Below the pieces are notes generated by a model. That model saw nothing but the letters and a program-made list of their open reading frames with translations. It was not told where the DNA came from and made no database searches. A program made the translations under genes and the position numbers. 64,000 nucleotides of DNA. Origin: Alphaproteobacteria bacterium (GTDB lineage Bacteria; Pseudomonadota; Alphaproteobacteria; JAAXGF01). The stretch covers positions 1,536,001 to 1,600,000 of the forward strand of contig CAUVXB020000001.1 in NCBI GenBank assembly GCA_963555825.3. The letters run 5' to 3'. Shown here piece by piece: positions 41,391-50,769 of this stretch. Position 1 is the first letter of the stretch. Each line of letters starts with the position of its first letter.

Positions 41391-42302
41391 TCATGCGGCG
41401 GGCCTGAGTGACATCGCGGTGTGCCACGCCTGACGAGCTTGAGCGGGGCTCAGGTAGCCGTTCTTCTCCACGATCCACTGGGCATTGTACTGTTCGACGA
41501 ACCCGCGGACGGCGTTCCGCAGCTCCGCGATGTTGCGGTAGATGCGGCCATGGATGATCTGTTCCTTGAGCGTGCGATTGAACCTCTCGGCGACGCCGTT
41601 GGTCTGGGGCTGTTCGACGAAGGCGTAGGACGGCTGGATGCCCCAGAACTTGATCTGGTTGGTGAAGTGGTCCGACAGATACTGGGAGCCGTGATCCATC
41701 CGCAAGGCCAGCCCCCGCGCCGCACCGGCGGAGGTCGAGGCATACAGCCTCGCAAGCCCCATGGAGATCGGCTGAAGGGCGGCGAAGCGGTCGCCTCGCT
41801 TGCACACATGCCAGCCGACGCACTCGGCGTTCCAATGCTCGATGGCGGTGAATATCCAGCCCCAGCCGTCGTCCACCGTGAACACCCGAACGCCGTCCGT
41901 GCCCCACATGAGGTTGGGGGCATGGGTGATGATCTCACCGACATGGGGATTTCCGCCACGGCGGCGGCAGCGATGGGGCGAGAGCAGGTTGTTCTCGCGC
42001 ATCACCCGGAGCCCCCGCTTGCGGGAAACACGGATGCCACGACAGACCCGAAGCCGAGCCCAGACCTTGCGGTGTCCCTCGCCCTCCCAGGGGGATGCCT
42101 CCAGGTCGGCCTCGATGGCCACCAGCAGAGCCTCGTCCGAGATCGAGGGCTTCGGTCCCCGGCGCTTTGCTGGTGGGCGCTCAGCGGTGGCCTGCTGCCG
42201 GGATTTCATGGCGTAGAACGAGGAACGGGCAAAACCCCAGGCCGCACAGACCCGCTGGAGGCCGTAGGCCAAACCCGTGCCGGGAGAGGTGGCGGCACTC
42301 AT
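41391..42302 (-). CDS. IS3-like transposase OrfB (integrase core)
   Basis: GHRKVWARL, MWGTDG, RMDHGSQY, PQTNGVAERFNRTLKEQ. Confidence 0.9.
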   Translation of the reverse strand: MSAATSPGTGLAYGLQRVCAAWGFARSSFYAMKSRQQATAERPPAKRRGPKPSISDEALLVAIEADLEASPWEGEGHRKVWARLRVCRGIRVSRKRGLRVMRENNLLSPHRCRRRGGNPHVGEIITHAPNLMWGTDGVRVFTVDDGWGWIFTAIEHWNAECVGWHVCKRGDRFAALQPISMGLARLYASTSAGAARGLALRMDHGSQYLSDHFTNQIKFWGIQPSYAFVEQPQTNGVAERFNRTLKEQIIHGRIYRNIAELRNAVRGFVEQYNAQWIVEKNGYLSPAQARQAWHTAMSLRPAA

Positions 42303-42730
42303 CGCCGCGACCTCCGCCGCCCCAAAGGGCCGGACGTCTCCGTCTTGGCCTCCAGCAGTTCCACCTGCATGATCAACTCCCCGATCCGCTTCATGGCGAT
42401 GTCCAGTTCCGCCTTCACCGGATCGCCCTTGCGTTCCTTGAGCGAGGCATCGATCCCGGCGATCGCCTTCTCACGCCACTGCTCGAGCCGGAAAATCTCC
42501 ACGCCCAACTGCCGCGACAAAAGTTCCACCGGCTCGCCACGCAAAAGCCGCAGGGCAACCTCACGCTTGCGCGTCACCGTCCACCGCTGGCCAAGTCCCA
42601 GCGGGCCTGCCGGCGAAACCTGGCCCGGGGAAAACGTGGACGAGCCAAGCTCGCCCTCGTTTACCACAGGCCCATCAACAGCAACTTTGTTCTCAAAATT
42701 GTCGGTCATGTTCCGGTCCTCCTTGGACAC
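42299..42730 (-). CDS. IS3-like transposase OrfA
   Basis: RWTVTRKREVALRLLRGE...LSRQLGV HTH plus coiled coil; ATGA overlap with orfB and slippery C CCT TTG at 42329-42323; start uncertain. Confidence 0.82.
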   Translation of the reverse strand: MSKEDRNMTDNFENKVAVDGPVVNEGELGSSTFSPGQVSPAGPLGLGQRWTVTRKREVALRLLRGEPVELLSRQLGVEIFRLEQWREKAIAGIDASLKERKGDPVKAELDIAMKRIGELIMQVELLEAKTETSGPLGRRRSRR

Positions 42731-43096
42731 TTCGATTAAGCCAATTCTGTGTCCAAGGAAATCGGGTCCGACTCACCATTTTAAGGGTTGTCCGATACCT
42801 GCCGAACGAGCCAGTGGTAAACGCCCAGAATGACGGGTGTCCGACAACCCCTAAAAAATCGGAAGTCGGTGACGGCCAAGACAACGATCGCTTTCGGGGT
42901 ACGAGCGGACACTCCCGGCCATCCCATTCGTTTCCGGGCATAGTGACAAATAGATGCCACCGTTGGTGAGGGGGTAATCCGGCGTGCACCGCGATTATGC
43001 CGTTGAATTCTCTCTATCATTGTATTATTATTTTTTTTCGTGTTATGATCTAACAGAGCCAAAACCGACTTGGTTGCGGGTCTTTTCCACTCTAGT

Positions 43097-44738
43097 CCGA
43101 CATTCCCCATATACCATCCAAATTCGTGGAAATCGTACCACTTTCCCACCGCCAAGGGAACTGTATCCCCTATGCAGCCATCCGATGGCATGATTTTGGT
43201 AATCGGCCCGCGCTTGGAAGGCCACTCGGTCATTTTTCTCGCCATCCAGACACACCTCTCCTGTCGCTTTCTCCTCGCCGTCGATTCCCTCGGCCTACGC
43301 CGGAGCGGGTCTTCGTCGCAGATCATCAATCAAGCTCAGGATTTTCCGGAACAGGTCCCTCGGCACCGCCACCTCAGCCAATTGGAACGTAACGTAGCGG
43401 CCATGTCGGACAACCTTGGCCCCGATCTTCACCAGCTTGTCGCGCAACGTCGTCATCGACCAGTGCTCCACCTCCTTCGGCAAAGCCAGTGTCCTCATGA
43501 AGTTGCCCAGATTGTAGGCCAGGGCGTGAAGCTGGAGCCGAACGGCATTGTTGCGGAACTTGCGACATGACAGACGGGTCCAGTTGATGGCGTTCTTGCC
43601 TTCCTTGATGTGCTGCTCCGCCGTGCCACGGTGATTATAGAACGCCACCACCCGCTTGGTAGGGCGCGACAGATTAGTGACGATGAAACCGACGCGAGGA
43701 ACCAGCTCGCCGGGGTGCCACTCCACTTTGGCCACGACACGGCGCTTCTTGTTCCACGATCCGGCCTGATAGCTGAAGCTGGCGTGGAAACGGCGAACAT
43801 GGTCGGGCGGGCGACCGACAGGTCGCGTAAGCAGATGGGCAATGTTCCGCTGGAGAATCGCGTTCGCTTTGAGGCGGATGACGTAGAGTAATCCCTCGGC
43901 TTCGAGATATTCGTATATCTCCGGTGAGGCGAAGGCGGCATCGCCACGAAAATACAGCCGCACCTTCCTTTCCTTATAGCGCATCACCACCGGCTCCAGA
44001 ACATTCCGCCATCCGTCGGCACTGTGAACATTACCGGGGCGCAGGGAACATCTCTCCAAGTCGCCGAACTGGTTGAACAGGAATAGCGGATGCTAGCAGG
44101 TACAGCCGAAGTGACCATTGTACGCTGTTCCCTCTTGTTCGCCATGGGTCGGGCTGACGCTGCTGTCCATGTCGAGAATGATCATCTTCGGCGGATGGCG
44201 GTCATGAACCTTGTCGATCCACACCCCGTTCATGTCGACCAAGGCTTCAACGTTCTCGTCGGTGGCCAATAGCTCCGTCTCGAAGCGTCCCATCTGGCTG
44301 GTGGAAGCGGCCTGTCTTTCGATGGCCTTGCCGCCAACAATCCAGCGCATGGCGGGATCGCGTCCCAGACGGTCGGCGTCGTTCACATCGTCATAGCCGC
44401 CAAGGCGCCCGAAAACGGACTGGCGAAACTGACCCGTCATGCCGTGCCATCCGTTCTTGCCGGTACGGCTATCCTGGAAAACACCCTCGGCCATCTCAGT
44501 CAGGCCGAGGGCATCGTCAAGCTCCCGGTAGGCGAGCAACCCGGCATCAGAGGTGATCTTGGAACCGTGGAATTCAAGCTTCAATCGACGGTCAAAAACG
44601 ACCCGAAGGCACCCCGGTTTCGATTCACCCATCGGGTGTGCCATATCCGCCGCTCCATGTATGCTACAACTTCATGATTCTTATAGCAGAATCGCCTTCT
44701 CGCCGCACTGAATATCGACGATACTTGGGAAATGCGGG
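43097..44738 (-). mobile_element. IS1380-family element copy B (1642 bp)
   Basis: IRs CCGACATTCCCCA / TGGGAAATGCGGG; 5-bp duplication CTAGT at 43092-43096 and 44739-44743. Confidence 0.92.
43295..44644 (-). pseudogene. IS1380 transposase with an internal amber stop
   Basis: GCTC*HPLF with TAG at 44093-44095, where copy A reads GCTCYHPLF; both halves are in the same frame. Confidence 0.9.
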
Positions 44739-44784
44739 CTAGTTGTACAGGCAAGGATGGATAGACCAGGTGAGGAAGAAACTG

Positions 44785-45078
44785 ATGCGTAAATGCGATA
44801 AGCTACTTCCGTGGGTCTTTTCTGGCCTCCTGCTCTTCGCCACACATAACTCGTTGCCGTTAGCACAGGAGCAAACTGCGAAATACGATGTTGGTGCGGA
44901 ATACAATAAACGACAAAAGAACCTTAATACGAGAAGACCTTTTCACAGTTTGTTGTTCAAGCCCGCTTTTCTTTCTCAACCATTTCAAGGATACCTGATT
45001 GGAATTGAGGGCGGGAACCATCCGTTCGTCTCTCATATCGGGAGATTTGAACGATCCGAATATGGGCGGGAGATTTGA
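44785..45078 (+). CDS. Low-GC short or truncated secreted hypothetical protein
   Basis: GAGG RBS; MRKCDKLLPWVFSGLLLFATHNSLPLAQ signal-like start; ends inside the tandem repeat. Confidence 0.35.
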   Translation: MRKCDKLLPWVFSGLLLFATHNSLPLAQEQTAKYDVGAEYNKRQKNLNTRRPFHSLLFKPAFLSQPFQGYLIGIEGGNHPFVSHIGRFERSEYGREI

Positions 45079-45111
45079 ACGATCGGGAGATTTGAACGAT
45101 CCGAATATGGG
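45039..45111. repeat. Tandem repeat, 28 + 17 + 28 bp
   Basis: CGGGAGATTTGAACGAT(CCGAATATGGG) three times with no spacers. Confidence 0.85.
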
Positions 45112-45159
45112 CTATTGTATACTTGAGAGAACACCCACCGATCGCCGAAGGCTGTCCTC

Positions 45160-46077
45160 ATGCTACCAGACCGAGAGTGGCGTGAAGGGAAGCAGCGAGA
45201 AGCGATCTCCACCGATATCAGCTACACTGGGCCGGGCGAAGCGGTCCGGGCGCTGGTGTGTGGATTCGCTTCGCCGATCCGGCAAAAGCGACTCTTACTC
45301 ATGTTACAAGCATTCATCGACGACAGCGGCAGCGAGCCGGGGGGCAAGGTTTTTGTTTTGGCTGGGTTGTTGTCCACTGCATCGCAATGGGAGCAATTCT
45401 CCGACGAGTGGGCAGAGATATGCGGGCAAGAGCCGGCAATCGCCGACTTCCACATGGCGCGGGCCTATCGGATAAAGGGCGGCTACTGGGGTGATGGTAC
45501 GCTTGCCGAGTTAACAACCAGACGCGACGCAAAAATACTGGCCCTGGCCGAGGTGGTGCGTAAATACGCCGTGGTACGAGTGTCTTCCGGGGTGACGTGG
45601 CGAGCCTATGAAGCCGCGGCACGCGGCAAAGTGCCTCCCGAGATCGACAGTCCCTACTTCTTCTTGTTCTGGTACATCATTCAGGCCGTTGCGCGGTGGC
45701 AGGAAGACTCAGGCCGTCGGGAAAAGGTTGACTTTATATTCGACGATCAGGGCAAGATCGGCATTACAGCGGTGAGTTGGTATCCCTATTTCCTTGCCGC
45801 GTTTACCGATCAGGAGCGATCCATTCTGGCGGGAACGCCAATCTTCCGTCACGACAGCGACGTGCTCCCGCTAAAGGCCGCCGACATGTGTGCTTGGTAT
45901 CTCCGGCGTGAGATCACCGAGCATGCCCACCACGTTGACCGGGGCGAGGCCTACCAGCGGCACCTTGCGATGGAGGTTCTGTGGGATCTTCCCTATGCTG
46001 TCAATGGCGGAGCAAAAAGGGACCACCTCGGCGGTGTAAGAAGGGACCGCTTGGCGGCTGCGGGCTTGTCCCCGTAG
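45160..46077 (+). CDS. DUF3800-like (RNase H fold) protein, C-terminus replaced by IS21 sequence after 45998
   Basis: AFIDDSGS, FVLAG, FHM, DFIFDDQ, PLKAADMCAW; start 45160 or 45301. Confidence 0.75.
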   Translation: MLPDREWREGKQREAISTDISYTGPGEAVRALVCGFASPIRQKRLLLMLQAFIDDSGSEPGGKVFVLAGLLSTASQWEQFSDEWAEICGQEPAIADFHMARAYRIKGGYWGDGTLAELTTRRDAKILALAEVVRKYAVVRVSSGVTWRAYEAAARGKVPPEIDSPYFFLFWYIIQAVARWQEDSGRREKVDFIFDDQGKIGITAVSWYPYFLAAFTDQERSILAGTPIFRHDSDVLPLKAADMCAWYLRREITEHAHHVDRGEAYQRHLAMEVLWDLPYAVNGGAKRDHLGGVRRDRLAAAGLSP

Positions 46078-46189
46078 TCCACGGGAGGGCCCCGCGCGCG
46101 ACGCGGCGTGCCCTCAACAGGCTGACGCGGCGGCGCGCGCGGGAGGGACCTGTGGGCCCACGGGGTCAAGCGTGGGCTGGGTGGTCGGT

Positions 46190-46954
46190 TCAGTTAGCAG
46201 TCGGGGTTTGACGCCTGCGGCTCTGGTTGAGCCTGTAGCTGTCACCGTTCATCTCGAGGATGTTGACGTGGTGGGTGAGGCGATCGAGGAGCGCGCCGGT
46301 GAGGCGCTCGGAGCCGAACACCTCGGTCCATTCGTCGAAGGGCAGATTGGTGGTGACCAGGGTCGAGCCCCGCTCGTAGCGTTGGCTGAACACCTCGAAC
46401 AACAGCTCGGCGCCGGTCTTCGACAGCGGCACGAAGCCGAGTTCGTCGACGATCAGAAGCTTGTAGGTGGCGAGCTTCTTCTGGAACCTCAGCAGCTGCT
46501 TGTCATCGCGGGCCTCGATGAGTTCGTGGACCAGCGCGGCGGCGGTGATGAAGCCGACCGAGAGGCCCTTCTGGCAGGCCGCCAGGCCGAGACCGAGGGC
46601 GATGTGGGTCTTGCCGGTCCCACTGTTGCCGAGCGCGATGAGGTTCTCGCGGCGCTCGATGTACTCGCAGCGGGCCAGCTCCAGGACCAGCGCCTTGTTG
46701 AGCGAGGGGATGACCTTGAAGTCGAAGCTGTCGAGGCTCTTGACCACGGGGAAGCGCGCCGCCTTGATGCGCCGCTCGACCATGCGGCGCTCGCGGTCGA
46801 TCAGCTCGAGCTCGGCGAGTCTCAACAGGTAGCGGACGTGATCGACGCCTTCCGAGGCGCACTGCCGGGCGATCTTGTCGTACTCGCGCAGGAAGGTCGG
46901 CAGCTTCAGCGTCTTGAGGTGGTGGGCGAGCAGCACTTGCGGTGTGTCGGTCAT
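46190..46954 (-). CDS. istB: IS21 helper ATPase IstB
   Basis: GNSGTGKTH Walker A, LLIVDELG Walker B, TTNLPF, ALLDRLTHH. Confidence 0.95.
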   Translation of the reverse strand: MTDTPQVLLAHHLKTLKLPTFLREYDKIARQCASEGVDHVRYLLRLAELELIDRERRMVERRIKAARFPVVKSLDSFDFKVIPSLNKALVLELARCEYIERRENLIALGNSGTGKTHIALGLGLAACQKGLSVGFITAAALVHELIEARDDKQLLRFQKKLATYKLLIVDELGFVPLSKTGAELLFEVFSQRYERGSTLVTTNLPFDEWTEVFGSERLTGALLDRLTHHVNILEMNGDSYRLNQSRRRQTPTAN

Positions 46955-48450
46955 GCGCCGAGCCCCGACAGCAGGCTCATGTACGACTTGGCGGACGTCA
47001 TCGCGACCCGGGCGCGCGGCAGATACGGATAGACGTCGAGGTTGAGCCTGGGCGGCCGCCGCTCGATGCGGCACAGTACCAGGTGCTTCACCGCATCAAA
47101 GCCGATTGCGCCGAGCCGCAGGGCGTCGCCGACCGCACCCTCGACCTCCTCGAGCCGGAAGGTCTCCAGTAGACGGAGCACCTGGACGTACTCGCGCTTG
47201 CCTGCCTTGCCCATACGAGCTTCGAGGAGCCGCCGCAGAGTGATGAAGGCCTCGGGCAGGTCCCAGCCCGCCAATGGCGCGGCCTGGTCGAGGGCGCCGA
47301 TCTTCTGCTCGATCAAGGGCAGGTAATGCAGCGGGTCGAAGATCAGGTCCTCGCTGTCGTAGGACCGGCGGTGCCGGGCGATCACCTCGGCCCCGCAGCT
47401 GATCACCACCTCATCGACGTAGCCCCGGATGAGCACCTCACGGTGGCCGTAGGCCACGGGCACGGAATAGTCGTTGCTGCGGTAACGCACCAGCGACAGC
47501 GAACTCGCCCGTCCAGGGCGCTTATCGCAGGCATCATAGGGAGCAGGCGGCAATGGCAAGAGAACTTGACGATCCCGCTCGAGACGCTCGCCGATGGTCT
47601 CCTTGTGGCCCCGCAGCCGCGCCGCCTGGCGCCGGCGGCACTGTTCGGCGAGAGCATCGTTGAGGGCCGCGAAGCTCTCGGCACGCGGGACGGGGACCAG
47701 GAAGTTCCGCCGGATGAAGCCGACCAGTCCCTCGACCTTGCCCTTGTCGTTGCCCTTGCCCGGCCGGCCGAACCTGTCCTCGAACAGATAGTGGGACTGA
47801 AGCTCCGTGAAGACGCGCGTTCGCTGCCGCTTCCCATCGCCCAGGATCCGGGCAACCGCCAGCTTGGTGTTGTCGTACAGGATGGATCGGGGGACGCCGC
47901 CGAAGAAGGCAAACGCCGCGTTGTGGCCATCGCAGAATGCTTCGGTCGTCTCCGCCGGATAGGCCGCAACAAAGCAACCATCACTGTGGGGAAGGTCGAA
48001 GGCAAGGAAGTGGATCTTCCGTAACGCGCCGCCGATCACCGCCATCGCTTCGCCGAAGTCCGCCTGGGCGTGACCGGGGGAATGGGAGAGTGGCACGAAC
48101 ACCTCACGCGACCGAAGCCCCTGCTCACGAACGTAGTCCTTCACGATGGTGTAGCCGCCCGTGAAACCGTACTCGTCCCGGAGGCGGTCGAAGATGCGCT
48201 TCGCAGTGTGCCGTTGCTTGCGGTGGCTGGTCCGATCGTCTTCCAAGATCCGATCGATGATTCCCGTGAACGGACCCAGCTTTGGCCGCCTCGGCGGCGC
48301 GCTTCGGCGATACCCTGGCGGCACCGAGAACGACAGCATCTTACGGACCGTCTTGCGGTCTACACCAAACACCCGCGAGGCCTCGCGGGTGCTCATCCCC
48401 TCGACATGACACGCCCGCCGAACCCGTGCGTACAACTCCACCCGATACAT
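46951..48450 (-). CDS. istA: IS21 transposase IstA
   Basis: N-terminal HTH, PGHAQADFG, YDNTK, KGKVEGLVG, YSVP; ATGA-coupled to istB. Confidence 0.95.
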   Translation of the reverse strand: MYRVELYARVRRACHVEGMSTREASRVFGVDRKTVRKMLSFSVPPGYRRSAPPRRPKLGPFTGIIDRILEDDRTSHRKQRHTAKRIFDRLRDEYGFTGGYTIVKDYVREQGLRSREVFVPLSHSPGHAQADFGEAMAVIGGALRKIHFLAFDLPHSDGCFVAAYPAETTEAFCDGHNAAFAFFGGVPRSILYDNTKLAVARILGDGKRQRTRVFTELQSHYLFEDRFGRPGKGNDKGKVEGLVGFIRRNFLVPVPRAESFAALNDALAEQCRRRQAARLRGHKETIGERLERDRQVLLPLPPAPYDACDKRPGRASSLSLVRYRSNDYSVPVAYGHREVLIRGYVDEVVISCGAEVIARHRRSYDSEDLIFDPLHYLPLIEQKIGALDQAAPLAGWDLPEAFITLRRLLEARMGKAGKREYVQVLRLLETFRLEEVEGAVGDALRLGAIGFDAVKHLVLCRIERRPPRLNLDVYPYLPRARVAMTSAKSYMSLLSGLGA

Positions 48451-48568
48451 CCCCCCCGCCTTCCAGTCAGAGCAACCCTGACAGAAGGCTATACGCGGTC
48501 CCATTTTGGTCCGCCGCAGCCGGATCGACCGGCCGCTTCAGTGGGGGATTATTGCTCTGCCGTTCTCA

Positions 48569-48679
48569 TTCTGGGACGAGATTGCGGCCAATAGCCCCAG
48601 GAGCGCCAGGGTGGTAAAGATTTTCAAGGAATACGCCGAAACCATGGCGAATGCCGGCCGTCCCTATCGCTACGGTTGA
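48569..48679 (+). pseudogene. 3' remnant of a TRAP substrate-binding protein (DctP) gene
   Basis: Begins exactly at the IS21 end: FWDEIAANSPRSARVVKIFKEYAETMANAGRPYRYG*; followed by a stem-loop (about 48720-48757) and the TRAP permease genes. Confidence 0.72.
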
Positions 48680-48891
48680 ACCGGACGAGGCGGGATTTCC
48701 GCCGCGTAAAGACCTAAGCCCGATGGCCAGGGGACAACGGCGTCTCCTGGCCATCGTCGGCTGTCGTAGCCGAAGGGCGGGCGGCTGTCGCGTCACAGCG
48801 GCGGCCGTTGCCATGTCCCGATCCTTGGTATGAAGCATCCGATCGAAGCCGCAAGACCGACCCGCACGGCCATGACGGAAAAGGGGGCGCC

Positions 48892-49416
48892 ATGCCCAGG
48901 GCCATAAGATTGTACGTGCGATACGTCAACGCCGTGAACCGCGTGGTCGGCCGGTTCGCGATGTACATGATCTTCGCCATGATGGGGTTGCTGCTCTTTT
49001 CGTCCATATCCAAGACGTTCTTCGTTCCCCAGTTATGGACGCTGGAATTGGCCCAGTTCTCGATGGCGGCCTATTACCTGTTGGGCGGCGGCTACTCCAT
49101 GCAGCTCGATTCCCACGTCAGGATGGACCTCGTCTACGGGCGGTGGTCGCCGAAGGGCAAGGGGTTCGTCGACTCAATTACCGCATTCTGCCTCATCTTC
49201 TATCTGGGGCTCCTGCTCTACGGCGGATTTTCCAGCACCGAGTACGCGCTGTATTACGGCGAGACGAGCTATTCGTCATGGTCGCCGCTCATGGCGCCGA
49301 TCAAGATCATCATGACGTTCGGCATCGCGCTGATGCTGTTGCAGGCCATCGCGACATTCTTCAAGGACCTGGCCAGGGCCAAGGGGTTGACCCTCGATGA
49401 GGAGAGCGCGGCATGA
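48892..49416 (+). CDS. TRAP transporter small permease (DctQ)
   Basis: 4 TM segments; WTLE..Q......Y.LGGGY.....HVRMD..Y. Confidence 0.92.
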   Translation: MPRAIRLYVRYVNAVNRVVGRFAMYMIFAMMGLLLFSSISKTFFVPQLWTLELAQFSMAAYYLLGGGYSMQLDSHVRMDLVYGRWSPKGKGFVDSITAFCLIFYLGLLLYGGFSSTEYALYYGETSYSSWSPLMAPIKIIMTFGIALMLLQAIATFFKDLARAKGLTLDEESAA

Positions 49417-50735
49417 GCTACGGGCTGATCGCCGTGCTGATGTTCTCCTCGATGATGCTCATGCTGCTCACCGGGCAACGCGTGTTCGCCGCCATCGGCT
49501 TCGTCGCCGTCGCGTCGGCGCTCTGGCTGTGGGGCGACGGCGGCTCCGAAATGGCGTTCACCGCCGCCATGAAGCTGATGAAGTGGTATCCGCTGCTGAC
49601 CCTGCCGCTGTTCATCTACATGGGCTACATGTTGTCGGAGTCGGGCATCGCCGACGACCTTTACAAGATGTTCCATGTCTGGTTCGGCCCGGTGCGCGGC
49701 GGCCTGGCGATCGGAACGATCGGCCTGATGGTCATGATTTCGGCCATGAACGGCTTGAGCGTCGCCGGCATGGCGATCGGCGCGACGATCGCCTTGCCGG
49801 AGCTGTTGCGGCGCGGCTATGACAAGATAATGGTCACCGGCGTCATCCAGGCGGGAAGCTCGCTGGGGATATTGGTTCCGCCCAGTGTCGTTCTCGTCCT
49901 CTACGGCATGATCGCCCGGCAACCGATCGGCCAGCTCTGGCTCGCCGGCGTCTTGCCCGGCCTGATGATGGCGACGCTGTTCGTCGCCTACATCGCCATC
50001 CGCTGCTTCATTCAGCCCGAACTGGGCCCGCCGCTGCCGCGCGAAGAGCGTGACGTGGGTTGGGGCGAAAAGCTGCGGCTGCTCAGGGCCGGCATCGTTC
50101 CGCTGTTGATATTCTTCTCGATGACCGGGTTGTTCCTTCTGGGGATCACCAACCTGACCGAGAGTTCGGCCGTCGGCGCGACGACGGCGACGCTGGCCGC
50201 GCTGGTCAAGGGCCGGCTCACCAGGCAGGTGATGGAAGAGACGATCCGCAAGACGCTGGGCATCAGCTGCATGTTCATGTGGATCATCCTGGCCGCGCTA
50301 TGCTTCGGCGCCGTCTTCGATGGGCTCGGCGCGGTCAAGGCGATCGAGGCGTTCTTCATCGGGAGTTTGGGGCTGGGCCCGTGGGAAGTGCTCATCATGA
50401 TGCAGCTCTCCTACCTCCTGATGGGCATGTTCCTCGACGACACGGCGATGCTCGTCATCGTCGCGCCGCTCTACGTGCCGCTGGTCAAGATTCTCGGCTT
50501 CGACCTGGTGTGGTACGGCGTGCTCTATACGATCACCTGCCAGATCGCCTACATGACACCGCCGTTCGGCTACAACCTGTTCCTGATGCGCGCGATGGCG
50601 CCGCCCGAGGTGACGCTGGGCGATATCTACCGCTCGATCATCCCCTTCGTCTTGGTCATGCTGGTCGGCCTGATTCTGGTCATGGTCTTCCCCGAAATCG
50701 CCCTCTGGCTGCCGAAATTGCACTACGGGAATTGA
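49413..50735 (+). CDS. TRAP transporter large permease (DctM)
   Basis: LPLFIYMG, GGLA, GSSLGILVPPS, TPPFGYNLF, FPEIALWLP. Confidence 0.95.
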   Translation: MSYGLIAVLMFSSMMLMLLTGQRVFAAIGFVAVASALWLWGDGGSEMAFTAAMKLMKWYPLLTLPLFIYMGYMLSESGIADDLYKMFHVWFGPVRGGLAIGTIGLMVMISAMNGLSVAGMAIGATIALPELLRRGYDKIMVTGVIQAGSSLGILVPPSVVLVLYGMIARQPIGQLWLAGVLPGLMMATLFVAYIAIRCFIQPELGPPLPREERDVGWGEKLRLLRAGIVPLLIFFSMTGLFLLGITNLTESSAVGATTATLAALVKGRLTRQVMEETIRKTLGISCMFMWIILAALCFGAVFDGLGAVKAIEAFFIGSLGLGPWEVLIMMQLSYLLMGMFLDDTAMLVIVAPLYVPLVKILGFDLVWYGVLYTITCQIAYMTPPFGYNLFLMRAMAPPEVTLGDIYRSIIPFVLVMLVGLILVMVFPEIALWLPKLHYGN

Positions 50736-50769
50736 CGCTGGCGGCAGGCGGCCGCAATGATGCCAAGGG

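Larger units (their letters stand above)
41356..42775 (-). mobile_element. IS3-like two-ORF element (1420 bp) with 14-bp flanking direct repeat
   Basis: Ends TGTATCGCACCCGGTTCCTTGGACACA and TGTGTCCAAGGAAATCGGGTCCGACTCA; CCATTTTAAGGGTT at 41342-41355 and 42776-42789. Confidence 0.9.
45999..48568 (-). mobile_element. IS21-family element (2570 bp), no target duplication
   Basis: Ends TGTCAATGGCGGAGCAAAAAGGGACCAC and GTGGGGGATTATTGCTCTGCCGTTCTCA, with reiterated inner boxes; carries istA-istB. Confidence 0.92.

Noticed and set aside
45039-45111. Possible mini CRISPR array
   Set aside because: The repeats abut with no unique spacers, and there are no cas genes in the window.
46060-46175. Large GC-rich hairpin downstream of istB
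   Set aside because: It lies within the IS21 boundaries and is explained as part of the element's end region.
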